Positions 63,345 through 64,000 of a DNA stretch of 64,000 nt are shown here, piece by piece; position 1 is the stretch's first letter; each line of letters opens with the position of its first letter. This DNA is from Octopus bimaculoides. Lineage: Eukaryota. The notes beneath the pieces are model-generated. The model did no database searches and had not been told where the DNA came from. It saw only the letters and a list, made by a program, of their open reading frames with translations. Both the position numbers and the translations under genes were made by a program. The DNA lies in NCBI RefSeq assembly GCF_001194135.2, contig NC_068986.1:71514785-71578784 (forward strand), written 5' to 3'.

Positions 63345-64000
63345 ACGCACACATACAAACACATACGCACAGTCACTCGCACTAGTGAACAGACGAAGAA
63401 ATCAAACACTCCACAATTGTAATGGGGTTTAGGTATGTGTTTTGAAATGTTCACTCAGTTTCATAAATAAATGTTTAACTGGTGTCTGCAGCTGATCACT
63501 CAGACACTTTAATGCAAGGAATATACTCGCATACAGCACACATACTCATGCAGATACATTCACAGGCGCATGCACAAGAGCATGCACCTACACATATATC
63601 ATGTGTGAGTGTGTGTGTATGTGTGTGTATGTGTGTGTATCTATGTGTAGGTATTCAGTTTGAAATTCTATTGCTCATATTGGTAATATAAGTGTATTCT
63701 ATTTTCCTCCTGTTAGATAAGAACATATATTAGAAACCCATTTTGAATTTATGATATAGTGTATAAAAATTGAATTCTATAAATAGGTAGATATATATTC
63801 AGTAGTTATCAGCTGCGGATGGAGTGAAAAGAATAGTGAAGCCAGTCTACATCTCTTTCTATTTTAAAGAAATCTATTTTATTTTCCATTCAGGCAATCG
63901 ATCTCAACAGATATATTTTTGTAAAAATAAAATGTTTTGCTAAAGTTATATATTTACATTATCCTTTGCAGACAAAGCTTTTCAGAAGAAATTTTCTTCA

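Overview
AT-rich, microsatellite-dense eukaryotic DNA with about 11 N-gaps. The SINE families and repeat content point to an octopus/coleoid cephalopod genome (inference from recalled repeat families). I find no host protein-coding gene, rRNA, true tRNA or CRISPR array that I can identify; the window looks intronic or intergenic. It is dominated by decayed mobile elements: five mariner (DD34D-type) copies or fragments with four distinct terminal inverted repeat (TIR) types; one maT (DD37D) element; a Tc1/mariner MITE; more than 10 R4/Dong-like non-LTR fragments with a restriction-like endonuclease (REL), stacked in (TAA)n arrays; RTE, L2/CR1-like, Penelope-like (PLE) and Helitron fragments; a LINE ORF1/gag-like ORF; and about 15 tRNA-derived SINEs of three families (called A, B and C here). 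The most notable structures are: a maT element split exactly in two by an apparent 1.75-kb inversion; (TAA)n-targeted R4/Dong stacks; degenerate minimal hammerhead-like motifs; (TA)n-centred palindromes; a duplicated, already-mutated RT active-site motif; and several isolated exon-like segments. Most long ORFs in the supplied track are microsatellite or N-run artefacts. Boundaries of degraded elements are approximate, and family assignments come from motif recognition, not database searches.
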